Source: Octopus sinensis
Lineage: Eukaryota
Assembly: GCF_006345805.1 (NCBI RefSeq)
Contig: NC_043004.1
Coordinates: 19,964,001-20,028,000, forward strand
Direction: 5' to 3'
Length of the DNA stretch: 64,000 bases
The notes below the pieces were generated by a model, which had not been told where the DNA came from, searched no databases, and was given only the letters and a program-made list of their open reading frames with translations. The number at the start of each line of letters is the position of its first letter. Within the stretch, counting starts at the first letter, position 1. The translations under genes were made by a program, and so were the position numbers. Shown here one piece after another: positions 23,961 to 36,936 of this stretch.

Positions 23961-26900
23961 TGTCACTAATGTGTCACTAATACTAATATTAGGGAATAAA
24001 TCCAAACTTACAGGGAATAATTAGATTTAGGATTAAATCCAATTTTATAGTATAAATATATTATATTATATTATATTATATTATATTAAATTAGAGATAA
24101 AACCACTATTAGGCAAATCAAACAATGAAAAACATAAGCCAATACTTAAAATTAATTTAAAAATATAAAAATTAAAAATTAAAAAATAATTTAAATAAAT
24201 TAAACTTATAAATTTTAAATATATATATATATACAAATATATATATATATGTATGTATACTTTTTATATTTATATATTATTTAATTTATTAATTTATTCA
24301 TTCATTTATTTATTTATTTTTTTAAAAATAAATATCAAAAGTATTAAAAGTTTGATAAAAGATAAAGATATATATATATATATATATGCATATATATAAT
24401 ATGTACACATGTATATACGTGTGTGTATATGCATATATGCATATACACACACACATACATACATACATACTTCCCTCCTTCCCTTTAACACGTTTTTCTT
24501 GCTGCCGTTTCTGTCTTGCCCTCCTCTTTTTCCGCTCTCTCTTTCTCCTCTCTCTCTCTCTCTCTCTGCCCTCTACAACACTTCTCATGCTTAGCACTAA
24601 CATGTGACTCGTGGTCATCGTCATCTCTTATCCCTATTTCCTCTTTCACGCTGACCGCCGAAGCGACTGGTTGTGTATCTTCCGCGTCCCACTTTGAAAA
24701 CCTTTTGCTGTCTCTGGTACCCCTATTTTTCTAATCCTTTAGGATAATCCTCCTAGCGTTTGTCAATTGTCTGGCCGTAAGATCTCATTTTGTTTATCTA
24801 TCATATATTGTTCTTCAGTCCTCCATCCATCTTATTTGTTTTCTTTATCCCTTGTCTGTCCACTATTCGTCTCGTCTTCAATATTATTGCGTTTCTATAT
24901 TACATATCGTATATTTATTTCATATTCGTATGTTCACTTTCTTTCATGTTTCGTCCCTTGCTCCTCGGTTCACTATTTCATGGCGGCTTCACGCCGCTGG
25001 CGCTACCAAAGGTGGTGGGGTGATGTTATCGTTAAAATGCACGAAATTGTTGAGAACCTTCGGTGGGTAACTGATGAAGATTTGACGACCTTTTGTGTCT
25101 GTTTTTCGTTTGTTAGTGTTTATATGTACTACATATATATATATATATATAATGTATTTTTTTAACTTATATGTATATCGAGAGATTGAGAGTAAGAGAG
25201 AGAAAGAGTGAGTGAGAAGTGGTAGAGAGAGGAATCGGTCAGGATTTAATAAAACCTTGAAGAGTACGTTAATGCAACTTCTTGTACCGAAATGGTATGT
25301 GAAGAAAAATGCCAATGGTACTTGAGCTCACAATATATAGGGACATGCCTAATACCCAAAATATTTTGACTAGCTGACTATAGTTTCTCGCAATTCATCG
25401 AAATTTGTGTTAACCAATAAAATTTGCTATGATCCAGACTGTAATACTCAAGTACCTTCGAACTGGAGAAGTCATCTCACTTCATATTACGTCGATAATA
25501 CATGTGATGCCAAATGCATAGCATTCTAACTGCTTGTCTTCAATGTCGCTGACAATAATTTCCACTCGAGACCGTGCTTAGATTTTGCTGCTTCAATGCC
25601 TTCTTCCTTTTACTCCACCTCACTTCTACCTTGAGTCAGCTCGGCTACACATTTAATGAGTTAAAACAAAATATATTGGGTTGCATTAATAAACTATATG
25701 ACAAATATTCCTAAATTCAGTTGGTCATGTGCTAAATCTAATAACTCTCCTTAGCTAGTTTTAATCGTTATACTCGGATCATTAGAAATACTAATAATAT
25801 ATTTTTCTCGCTTCTCATTCGAAACGGAATGCAGATTCAAATTTACTAAAATCAGAAAGCGTAAGTCAATAAGGGATCGGCAGGTATAATAAGATGTCGT
25901 GCATTTCAGGATATTCCATTACTATTCTTTTTCTTTTTTACCGAAAATACTGAAGTTAGTGAAAATACAGAAATCGGAAAATATACTAAATTACGATATA
26001 CTGAAAGTGTGGAATGGCTATGTTTAGGCATGGACTGTGAGTCGATATTCAAAATAACGGTAATCAACCAAATAGGTTTACTGTTCAGCTTCTTCAAAAT
26101 ATTTTCTACTTATCTACAATCTTGTTATGTGAGGGCAGGCGTAGAGTTGTGGCGGATATCAGAGAACCAACGAAATTGTAACAGTCAATTAACGTGCTCG
26201 TTACCACCACTTTTACAATCGCAACCAAAACATGCAAATATCAAGCCTGTATTTTGCGATTATGGGATCAATAAAGGTATCAATTTCTTATTTGGTATTG
26301 ATGTAGGTGGCTGTTCCACAACATATGCTAGCGTATTGTTCCCTATCTCACACTATCATATTATTACCTACCCAACATTAACATACTGTTCCACAACACA
26401 TACTAACATATAGATCCATGCTCACTTTATCATATTGCACTTTTCTTGAGTTATTGTCAGAAATATTACGGTTGGGTCATCATAATTATTCTAATATTAC
26501 CGACAAGTTTTGTTGATCATTATCTATTATTTCATCTGCCTACAATCGTTAATGTGTTTCTGTTTCGAGTCATCTTACTCTTTTCTACAGATCTTAAATA
26601 TATATCATTAATATATAAAGATTGCTGGTAACATTTCTGCATGTTATCTCGTTTGTTATTCACTTTCGCTGATGCTGATGGGCGATAGAAATAAGATCGT
26701 TTTCAGATGATTTATTTTTTTTAGAGATAACCGTTTCCGACGCACATGTTCTCTGCTTTGTAATATGCTCGCATTACAGTCATACACCAACACACCTCAT
26801 AAAGTATCGACTGGCATTTTCTGTTTACTTACATTGTTATCTGTTTGGCGTTTTCTATAGGAGTGGTTTTCTTTTAAATTGGTTCTATGTGTCTCGACCG

Positions 26901-27208
26901 CATATTGTTATATGTAATTGAACACTATATGTGTATAACTAAACTATATATATAATAAAAAAAGAAAGACATAAATTAAATATAAATTCTACTTAGTTTT
27001 GCTCCAAGTAGCATGACTATCAACTTCTTTTCTAACGTTCGCTGTTGCATTCAGTGTTGTTATTAGATTTCCTTTCCTTGCAATTTCGTGCAGTGTTAGG
27101 TTTTATTCTTCATACTAACATGAGATGTCTGGACGGACATTTTTATTAGTAATTTTATTAGTAATTTTAATAGTAGTAATAGCAGTTCTAGTAGTAGTAG
27201 TAGTAGTA

Positions 27209-27240
<32 letters not shown>

Positions 27241-28206
27241 AAAGCAAAAACGCCAACAACAACGTTATTGTTAATGACAGAAATGTTTATACACGGGCTG
27301 TAGAATAATAAGGGAAACTGGAAGCTAGCTGTAATCAATAAATATTCTTTTGTTACTAAACTATCTAGATTCATGAATAAAAGTATATTTGTTGACATCA
27401 GTTGAGAAGCATGCCTCTTTATACGAGGTATGGTATTTACAGATAGCCAAATACATTTGCTGATGAGCAAATACTGCGAAGCATGATGAAATATTATGAG
27501 TAGAAAGATAAAAACTGAAACATCACGTATATCATTTCTTCTTTAAATATACTAATATAAAGTATTTGTGAATAGTTGTTGCCCCGGGAAGGGATGTCTG
27601 AGATGTTACCATCATCCTTCATATTCAGTATATAACATAGTTTATACTGTCACCATTGTGGTTATATAACGTCGATAAATATATACAGGAGTGTCTGCCA
27701 GTTATTATTTGTGTGCATAATGCTGACCGGTTCAAATATATCTAAAAAGATATAAGAGAATACTGGTGTGCATGCTTAAATAACAGTTTGCTTTCTATTG
27801 TGGGTTTGTTTGTTTAACTATGTTTGTGTATGCATGTGCGTATGTGACCGAACAGGTGAAGATTTGTATGCGACGCGTCTGTATATGAATGCGTGCCAAT
27901 AATTTTTATCATATTTAAAATGTTTGTTTGTTATCTTCGTCTGACACTAATTGTGTGTTTGCGTTCTTGTGTCAGTCTGCATGCAATTTATGTATGTATA
28001 CATATGGACACCCCTATCTCATATGAATAAGTTTTAGTCTGTTTACAGAAGCAACTATAATTTACATTTACTCATGGAGGAATTATGTGCTACAAAATAC
28101 ATAGATATAGACACAAATGCACACACACGCACACACTGACATTCACACAGACACATATACATACATATATACAAACACACACACACATATATACATACAT
28201 ACACAC

Positions 28207-28248
<42 letters not shown>

Positions 28249-28500
28249 CATATGTGTGTATTTTGGTGTTTACAAATAAAACAGAAAAAATAAATAAACA
28301 GTTACCAGGGTAGCAAAAATTTACACAAGTAACAAGGGTGCAACAGCCTATTTATAAAGGTAGAAACTCCAGGTTTAGGTGAAATGTTTTGTATCATATA
28401 GATATATGAAATAAATGGAGTTAAACGCAGGTGTTATTCAAATTTTTTAACTTCCGACTTATTTTTCGAAGACAACATTCGTATTATTCTAGAAGGAATA

Positions 28501-28867
28501 AAATGGTGTAAAACAATGCAATCTTCTCATCAGGGAATGAAAGAAACCAAACACATCAATAGGACATTTTAACAGAATATGATGACTGTGTATATGATGA
28601 AGGGAACGCTATCGAGTTTTTTTTAACCGTTAGTAATTAGCAGAAAACTAATATTGGAGAGATATAACGCGATAGGTGAATTAGAATAAGGCTTAAAGTC
28701 ATGGGAGTAGATATATTTAGTGGAAGTGCAATGTAAGAAGACAAAGGTCAAATTTTATAGAATGGTAGAATTCTACTAACGGTCATCAAATTCTATTAAA
28801 ATGCCTTGTTGATGTGTTTGGTTTCTTTCTTTCCCTGATGAGAAAACTGCATTGTTTTACACCATTT
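28501..28867. mobile_element. Foldback/MITE-like element with 78-bp inverted arms
   Basis: 28501-28578 is the reverse complement of 28790-28867 with about 7 mismatches; spacer about 210 bp. Confidence 0.8.
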
Positions 28868-29195
28868 ATTTATTTATCTATCTATCTATCTATCTATCTA
28901 CCTATCTATCTACATATACACACTCACACACACACCCACACACACACACACATCCACACCCCCACACACACATACACACACATATATATATATACATATG
29001 TGTATATATATATATGTGTGTGTGTGTGTATAATGGAGAAATTGTACAAAATTTATAAATGGATAATGAGAAAAGAACTGTTCCGTTTCGATTACCTGTT
29101 GTTATCCGTAGATTTACTGCAGGGACTTCGTAGTGGTGGTTTCGGTAACAGTATTAATAAAATAGGAGATAGAATGTGTATTAGACTTTATTTGG

Positions 29196-29235
29196 TACAA
29201 CACATGTTTCGACTTGTTCTGGGTCTCTTCAGGTA
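29196..29235 (-). ncRNA. Minimal type-I hammerhead ribozyme-like motif, Penelope-associated
   Basis: Minus strand UAC-CUGAAGA-GAC(ccagaacaa)GUC-GAAA-C(augu)G-UU-GUA, followed by AAUAAA at 29186-29191, about 0.55 kb downstream of a Penelope GIY-YIG fragment on the same strand. Confidence 0.55.
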
Positions 29236-29759
29236 TATCGATAAAACGTGCTCACCAGAGATTTCTTGAGTCGGCTTACGTACCGCTATATGTCCATCAA
29301 ATTTGTGAATGAGGAAAATAAGAGAAAAATTATAGAAACACATAAAATTCATATATGAAAGTGGAAAGTATACATTCTAGTTTAGAGAACATGATGTAAT
29401 CAACTTTAGCTGTTGTAACTCTTAAGAGAAAGAAAAGGAAATAGAAGTTGAAAGGAAGATAAAACTTAAAAGAAAATTCTTTTTGCGTTCGTGCTTAGAC
29501 GCATATATATATACATATATATATATACGCACTCACACACACGCGCACACACACAAATTTAGATATATACACACATACACACACACATATATATACATGA
29601 ATATATATATATATATTATATATATATATACATATATACATATACATATATGGATCTACATTGCGAGATCATATGTGAAATACAAGTTATTTGAAGATAG
29701 CTCCTCAAGTTCAGGTATATTCAGAGTTGTGGGCGCCATCAAGTTATGTATGATCGGGA

Positions 29760-30230
29760 TTATAATATGTGAATGTGTGTTTAGCTGTGTGATGACATCT
29801 GAGAAATTGTTCAACGAATTTATTTATAATGCGGTGCTTTGTTAACATTATTGAGAGTGACTCCTCGGAGCATAACTGGTATTTCCGGGATATACTGCTG
29901 TAGGGACACGCATGTCTACGTATGGACCGTGTAAGTTTGTATTTTGTCTTCGCTTCCTTAAACCTCCAGATAAACTCGGCCAGCGATGTTACATGTTGTT
30001 TGTGGATATTTCGAAAGCTGGCCATGCGGTTGCGGTATCGATTTTTGAAAATTCGGCCGATACTCCGATATATACGTATGGACCTCCTCTAGTGTTTATG
30101 GTGCACTTGTACACCACGTTCTTAGTCATAAATTGGTTATCCAAAGGACAATTGGATCTATCTCTGCTTAAGCATAACCGTTTGATTTTGTTGCCTTATG
30201 TACATCGAGCTGGGGGGACAGGTTCTATTT
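29760..30230 (-). mobile_element. Penelope-like element, GIY-YIG endonuclease fragment
   Basis: NCPLDNQ..TKNVVYKCTI..PYVYIGVS..RYRN..SFRNIHKQHVTSLAEFIW..K..YKLT.SI..HACPYS..SRK.QLC.EE..I..NK..C.H; frameshifted. Confidence 0.85.
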
Positions 30231-31755
30231 GGTATCTTTGGTTTTCAATATTATCGTTTTATTATCACTATTTGTAGGTGTTATCATGCTGGTGTTATTT
30301 GTTGGATGGTTATCATGGATATTGTAATTATTGCTCTGTTGGTTGGTAGTATAATTCGAGTTTCAAACATTGTTTTAAGGTTGGTCATATGAGTTATGGT
30401 TGATATAGATATATAGATAAGTATACAGAGACTGAGTACGATATATATATTATATATATATATATACAGAAACAGAGGTAGATAGATTGATAGATAGATA
30501 TAAGGACATGACTTTTATGTATATTTTCACTCTGTCATAAGTCTTATATGGTAGTGTTGCAAAATTACTCTTGAATTCAATTCGAATAACCAATCAAATT
30601 TATATAACACATTTAGAACGAAACAACGTTTATAGATAGATGAACATTCGAGAAATATCAGTCTATTAACTTGTATACTGCTCAAAGTGTATGGTATAAT
30701 ATGCAGACGTATGGACTACACAACCCAATTTCATTTCAACGACACCTGCAGAAAGTGACATGTTGATATGCCCTTTGGCAGCAGGCAGAATACATGCTTT
30801 ATCAACATACTTTTTGTTGCCCATGTCAATCAAGGCTAAAGAAAGTGTTCAATCAGTCTGCTAATATTACAAGCATCCTCAGACATATTATCAGTGTGGT
30901 TCTTTTCAGTTGCATATCAATAAAATATCATAGTTATATATCCCGAAGGATTTAAATTAATTTCGTTTCTCCTCTCATTCATATGAATATTTTAAAAAAT
31001 TGTTTTCGTTTAGATCAATTCAGTTATAAAACATAGGCGTTCTTTTATAATTATTCTCGGCTTAATGATTACTTAATTAGATAAAACTAATTCTGATATG
31101 GTTGCTACCATCAAATGGCTCACTAATCTTTTACGAGGTCAATAACGCTCGTGAAATTGTACAAATAGATGTCGTTAATCTCAAATTATGTTCTCAGGTT
31201 GTAATTCACAGTTCTGGTGCAATTAGGACTTTTACTTTTAACCGCACACAATGCCTCACATTTCCTTAACAAAAGCAAGGAAAACTTGCACAGGATACAT
31301 AAGAATATTTTGAGAATGAAAGCAAAAATCTAATTTCGCCATTTCTAATATATTTTTGTGGAATGTATAGAAAGTCAGTCTATCTCGTCAACACCCTCAA
31401 CTCCTAAGAATTAACTGTTTAAATCATGATGGATTTGCAAACCTGACAGGTAATTTATGGCTCAAAATTTTCTATTCGGTAAACAAAATATTACATGCTT
31501 CTCATACAATAGCAGAATCAATACATTTTGAACATTCATTTGAACATATGGAAGGCTGGTGCTTTTGCTGAATATAAGCATAGTATTTTTGAATTTGTGT
31601 ACTATGATTTTTGCTACTTTTGTTCAGGCTTATAGATATGTGTATGGGTGTGCGTATATATATGTATGGATGCATGCAAACATGTATGTATGTATGTATT
31701 ATGTATGTATGCATGTATGTATGTATTATGTATGTAAGCACGTATGTATGTAAAT

Positions 31756-31985
31756 ACACATTTATACGTACATACTTTTGTATGTGTGTATGTATGTATA
31801 AATGTATATCTATATTAAAAGTAAATTTTGACATTTATTACCAAATTTCGCCGTTGTTGGTTTCTTTAAAGTGAAAATGTTTAACTCTTTGTCCTACTTC
31901 ATTTATTTTCGTTCATTTTATGGGCGAGGTTCAGTAATTGTAGTATAGCTGTGGTTAAAAAGCGTGCTTATGGGGAATGTAAAAT
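31756..31985 (+). repeat. ~230-bp direct repeat, copy 1 (copy 2 at 34025-34250)
   Basis: Near-identical core ctatattaaaagtaaattttgacatttattRccaaatttcgccgttgttggtttctttaaagtgaaaatgtttaactctttgtcctacttcatt; the flanks are unrelated. Confidence 0.9.
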
Positions 31986-32478
31986 AGAGCGGCTGTCACA
32001 CAGTTGACCATGAAAGGCGCAGTCTTCTGATAAGTGTAGTCCAACAGCTTTCAGTGCTTGTTTCTGATTTGTTGATAGACATAACAAAAAGGTTAATTTT
32101 ATTGGAAATTGAAAGCACTTAAACCGAAGTGGTGTCGCTGGAGTACTTAAAATTAGCCTACATTCGCTCTTGTTTTAAGCAGTTTGAACACTTTTCTTCA
32201 GTTAAATAAGGATGTAATGCCTTTATTATCAAACTGCTACCACTGCTGAGCTTCGGTTGAACTACATTTCTTGGAAGCATTGAAGGTTTTCCAATTTAAA
32301 GTTGTAGTTCGCGAAGAGTCAATCATTCAGTTCAAAAATTTTTAGAGACGCCTTGTATAGTAAGCACATTATTTTGATCAATAAACGTCTAAATTGATTT
32401 GTAAAGGTAATCATGCTTTGAATATTTTTGAGTTGCTTTATTTGAAGAATTTAATTGTCGTGTTTCGTTATCAATATT

Positions 32479-32520
<42 letters not shown>

Positions 32521-33194
32521 CCATACACACACAACCATAATGAAAGGTACTAAATACAAGACCTTAGCGAGCTTGCTGAGTACTTTATTCATCAGTAAAA
32601 TATATTCTACTAGAGGGTGTACTGAAAAATATCTTTCATGAATGGAAAATTTCATTACTACTTAAACAACGACCTTGTTGCTAGTTATTCACTGATTCCA
32701 CTACAGTCAGTTAATATACAGTAAGGAAGAATCAATCTATTAAAAACTTCACTTTATTCAATTCTTGTAAATCCTATATAATTGTATTTTATGATGTTAT
32801 ATGAGGGATAACCAACTCCTGTTAGAATGTCTTTTAAAACCGCTTTTAGGTCACAATTTGTCCATTCATTTATGCATGTAAGGTGATTTGAAATTTAAAG
32901 AACTACAACCTAAGTACGTATTTTAAAGTCTAATAATTATTTTATCAAGGTCATTTGCCAAACCGCTACGTTCTTTTAAAATTAAGTGTCGGAATACTTC
33001 CGATACATGTCTCCTTGTCAACATATTTGTAAAGGAAGTTATAAACACCCTATGGAAGGGAGAAAAAATTAGCTCTACCTCTCACATTCTTACACTGATC
33101 TAACGAAAGTCTTATTTAAACAATCACCTAAGGGAGCGCATTTTATAGAATTGATTGACAATAATGATTTCTTATCTCATCAATTAGCGATACG

Positions 33195-33520
<326 letters not shown>

Positions 33521-34024
33521 GTAGTGGGGATATATATTCAGTTCCAGGTTTTCATATGGCTGCACGTATGTTATTACGTAAGTTCATATAGAGATGAAGA
33601 ATAAATTCAGGAACTAAATATTTGCTACATAAGAATATATGTTTTTTACTAGTCGATGATGATGATGCGTAATAAAAATGTAGAATCTATTCAATGAAGT
33701 AATCTATGCAAGAATGTTCAGAGATAGAAAATGTAGAATTAACACCTTTCAGTCATGTGGCGTAGAGAAATAGACAGACAGAGCAATGACGTAATCGGCC
33801 CTAAATCTAGTGAGACGAAGCGTAGAGCATGGTTAGCAAGCTGTTTTTGTTAATGAAACGCTAGACATTCTAGAAACCTCCAAGAGAAACGCTAAGCTTC
33901 TTGAATAATTAAGAATCACGTCTCGTGATACAGGTGCTTCGAGAAACTTAGTAAAGGGAGGTTACTCTATAAACCTTCTTGTAAAAGAGATCATTCAACT
34001 ATTCAGTTACATGGACTGCTACAT

Positions 34025-34250
34025 ATACATTTATACGTACATATACTTTTGTACGCATGTATGTATAAATCTATCTATATTAAAAGTAAATTTTGACATT
34101 TATTGCCAAATTTCGCCGTTGTTGGTTTCTTTAAAGTGAAAATGTTTAACTCTTTGTCCTACTTCATTGGTTTTCGTTCATCTTATGGGTGAGGTCTAGC
34201 ATTTGTAGTATAATTGTAGTTAAAATGTGTGTTTATGGGGAATATAAAAT
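34025..34250 (+). repeat. ~230-bp direct repeat, copy 2
   Basis: Matches 31756-31985. Confidence 0.9.
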
Positions 34251-34371
34251 CTATCTTATTGAATTTTTAGACTGGATGAACACAAATAAGTAGTTTTAAA
34301 TCTATATTACTAGCGGATACAGAAACGAACAAGAAGGTGAGGTCAAGCAAAAGCAACAGTTCATTCCATTT

Positions 34372-34560
<189 letters not shown>

Positions 34561-35104
34561 TCTCTATTTACCTATTTATTTTTTTTTTTTTATTTATTCA
34601 CGCGCGTGTGCAGACACACGTACACAAACTCTCACACATACATACACACACACACTCACCTACATGCTCACATATCTATATTATTCTGTTATTAGGGTCA
34701 TAAAAATCAAGGCATACCAATTCGTAGGATGCCAGAAATGAACAATAACATAGAGCTCACGGTGAAATAAACAACACGGGAGACATCAGGTGTTAGTAGG
34801 ATAGTGTAGATATGTAAGTACCAAATCCATTTTAAACCCCAGACCCGACTCAAGGGTGGGTATTTGGTGTTTAATATGTATGGTATTTGGTACAGTAGAA
34901 CTTTATTTATTTAAAGCATCCATTATAGATTGCGTCATAAAATACAATCAGGTAAAATTATATACACGTCAGATTTCGAACATCGATCCGAAGATAGCCA
35001 ACATTAGGCGATGCATTTATGTTTAACTTTAAAATATATGTATTTAAATTTTTATTTTATATTCGAATATAGGTATTTAAGCTTTACATTACTTCTTGAA
35101 AATC

Positions 35105-35379
35105 TTGGGCTTCTCAAACACGGTAGAGACACAACTAAAATCCATCAACTTTTTAGATATTACTCTCGACCTTGAAACAATATATAAACCATACAAGAAT
35201 GACAACAAAAAATTCAGTATATACATAGACAATCTCACCACTCTAAAATTATTATCATAAACCGAGTAAAAAACTACATATCTCCGAGAATCTCCTCTTT
35301 ATCTTCGAATGAAAAAAACACTAGCAAAATAGTACTTCTATATAACAGAACTCTCAATAGCTAGTTACAAGGAAAAGTG

Positions 35380-35435
<56 letters not shown>

Positions 35436-35915
35436 CTGTCCTCCTATAATACATAAAATACGTACGAATAACGAATATATAAAGGAAAGTTATCTGGTAC
35501 AATGCCTCGTTCATTGTACAAATCTCGACACCAATAGCTAAATTATTTTTCAAAATAATGCAGAAACACTTCCAGCCCAACCGCAATTATTGCGGGCTAA
35601 TAAACAAACACAACATGAAATCATCATACTCTACTATCAACAAATTTGAAAAATCTGTAGACAACTACATCCACCAAAGACTGTCAAAAATTGGAAACCT
35701 GAAACCACGCAGACAATGACAGTTGCAATACTCAAACGCCTTTAACCTGCCCATAGAAGGAATCTGTGTATCAAGAAATATCTTATATATAGCGCAACAG
35801 AAGCGACAAACATAACACCAACTTCTATTTTTACATACATAGGATCTACAACAAACTAATCCAATACACGATACAACCAACACACATACACATTTTGCAA
35901 CAAAAACCAAAGACT
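35105..35915 (+). mobile_element. Penelope-like element fragment (RT thumb, linker, GIY-YIG), split by (TA)n
   Basis: INFLDITLDL..YKPYK..YIHRQSHH..RISSLSSNE; KVIWYN..KHF..INKHNMKSSYS; TCPIEGICVSRNILY..TYIGST..RYNQH. Confidence 0.85.
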
Positions 35916-36518
35916 GGTATTAAAATTAAGGTAATTTCTTTCTTTAAACATTTGTTTCTTATCCAGCTCTTACGGGTTCACTATTCCTTTCAACTGAAAT
36001 GTGTACGATCGGAAATTTCAAGTGCCAATATTTTCTGTAACTACAAGCGGCTTGAAGTTTACAAACTTTTATGTATGCATGTATGTATGTATGTATGTAT
36101 GTATGTATGTATGTATGTATGTATGTATGTATGTATAAATATGCATTATTATTGCTGAGCAATTCATATTTACTGCGGTATTATTTTGATCGTAAAAGCA
36201 AGTGGTTTGTAGTGAATGAATTAGATTTAAATAGAGTATACGGATGTATGTATATATTCATGTGGATATATGTTGTTCATATATATAAATATTTGCATTT
36301 ATATTCCTTGGGCATCTCATACTGATGACACCAGATGGAACTTGCTTTCGAATTATGAGGAAACCTTTTTTTTTTAAATCTGATTTATTCGTTACCCCTC
36401 TTTCAACCTGTGCTAACGGGGTAAAATGAGATGTGGTTTATAGAGCTATTAACATCTACTTCTAGCGAGTCGGTGTGGCTTATCCACACCCTTGACTATA
36501 ATTATATCTATATATCAG

Positions 36519-36577
<59 letters not shown>

Positions 36578-36936
36578 GTGTATACATATGTATTTAGTTG
36601 TTGTTTGAGTATTTGCATATTATAATGTTTGTGATTTCACAGGTTTCGAACGCAAAATTAGTCCATGAATTGGAATGTTCTCAAGAATATTTACAACTTC
36701 CTCAAAATATAAGGAGGTTTATATAGGGTTTGTCCACCATCCACTCTTTAATAAAATAATGGATAAACGTGTTCTATGTCTCTTTTTATAGTCTTTAAAT
36801 AAAATGCCGCGCGTATTTTCCCTTGAAGATATTTCCAGTCATTTCCATTATCAATGAGATGCTTGATGTTGACGCCCCTCCCTGTAGAAGGAATGGTTTT
36901 CATTGATATATTCACTTCGTGTTTTTCCATGCTTTG

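Noticed and set aside
24300-25100. Pyrimidine-rich repeat-like block with CTGATGAAG at about 25072 (Penelope pLTR?)
   Set aside because: No second copy in the window and no complete ribozyme core; cannot be classified.
32330-32635. Two mariner-like TIR fragments (…gagacgccttgta and ctagagggtgtactgaaaa…)
   Set aside because: They face away from each other, are too decayed, and have no transposase remnant.
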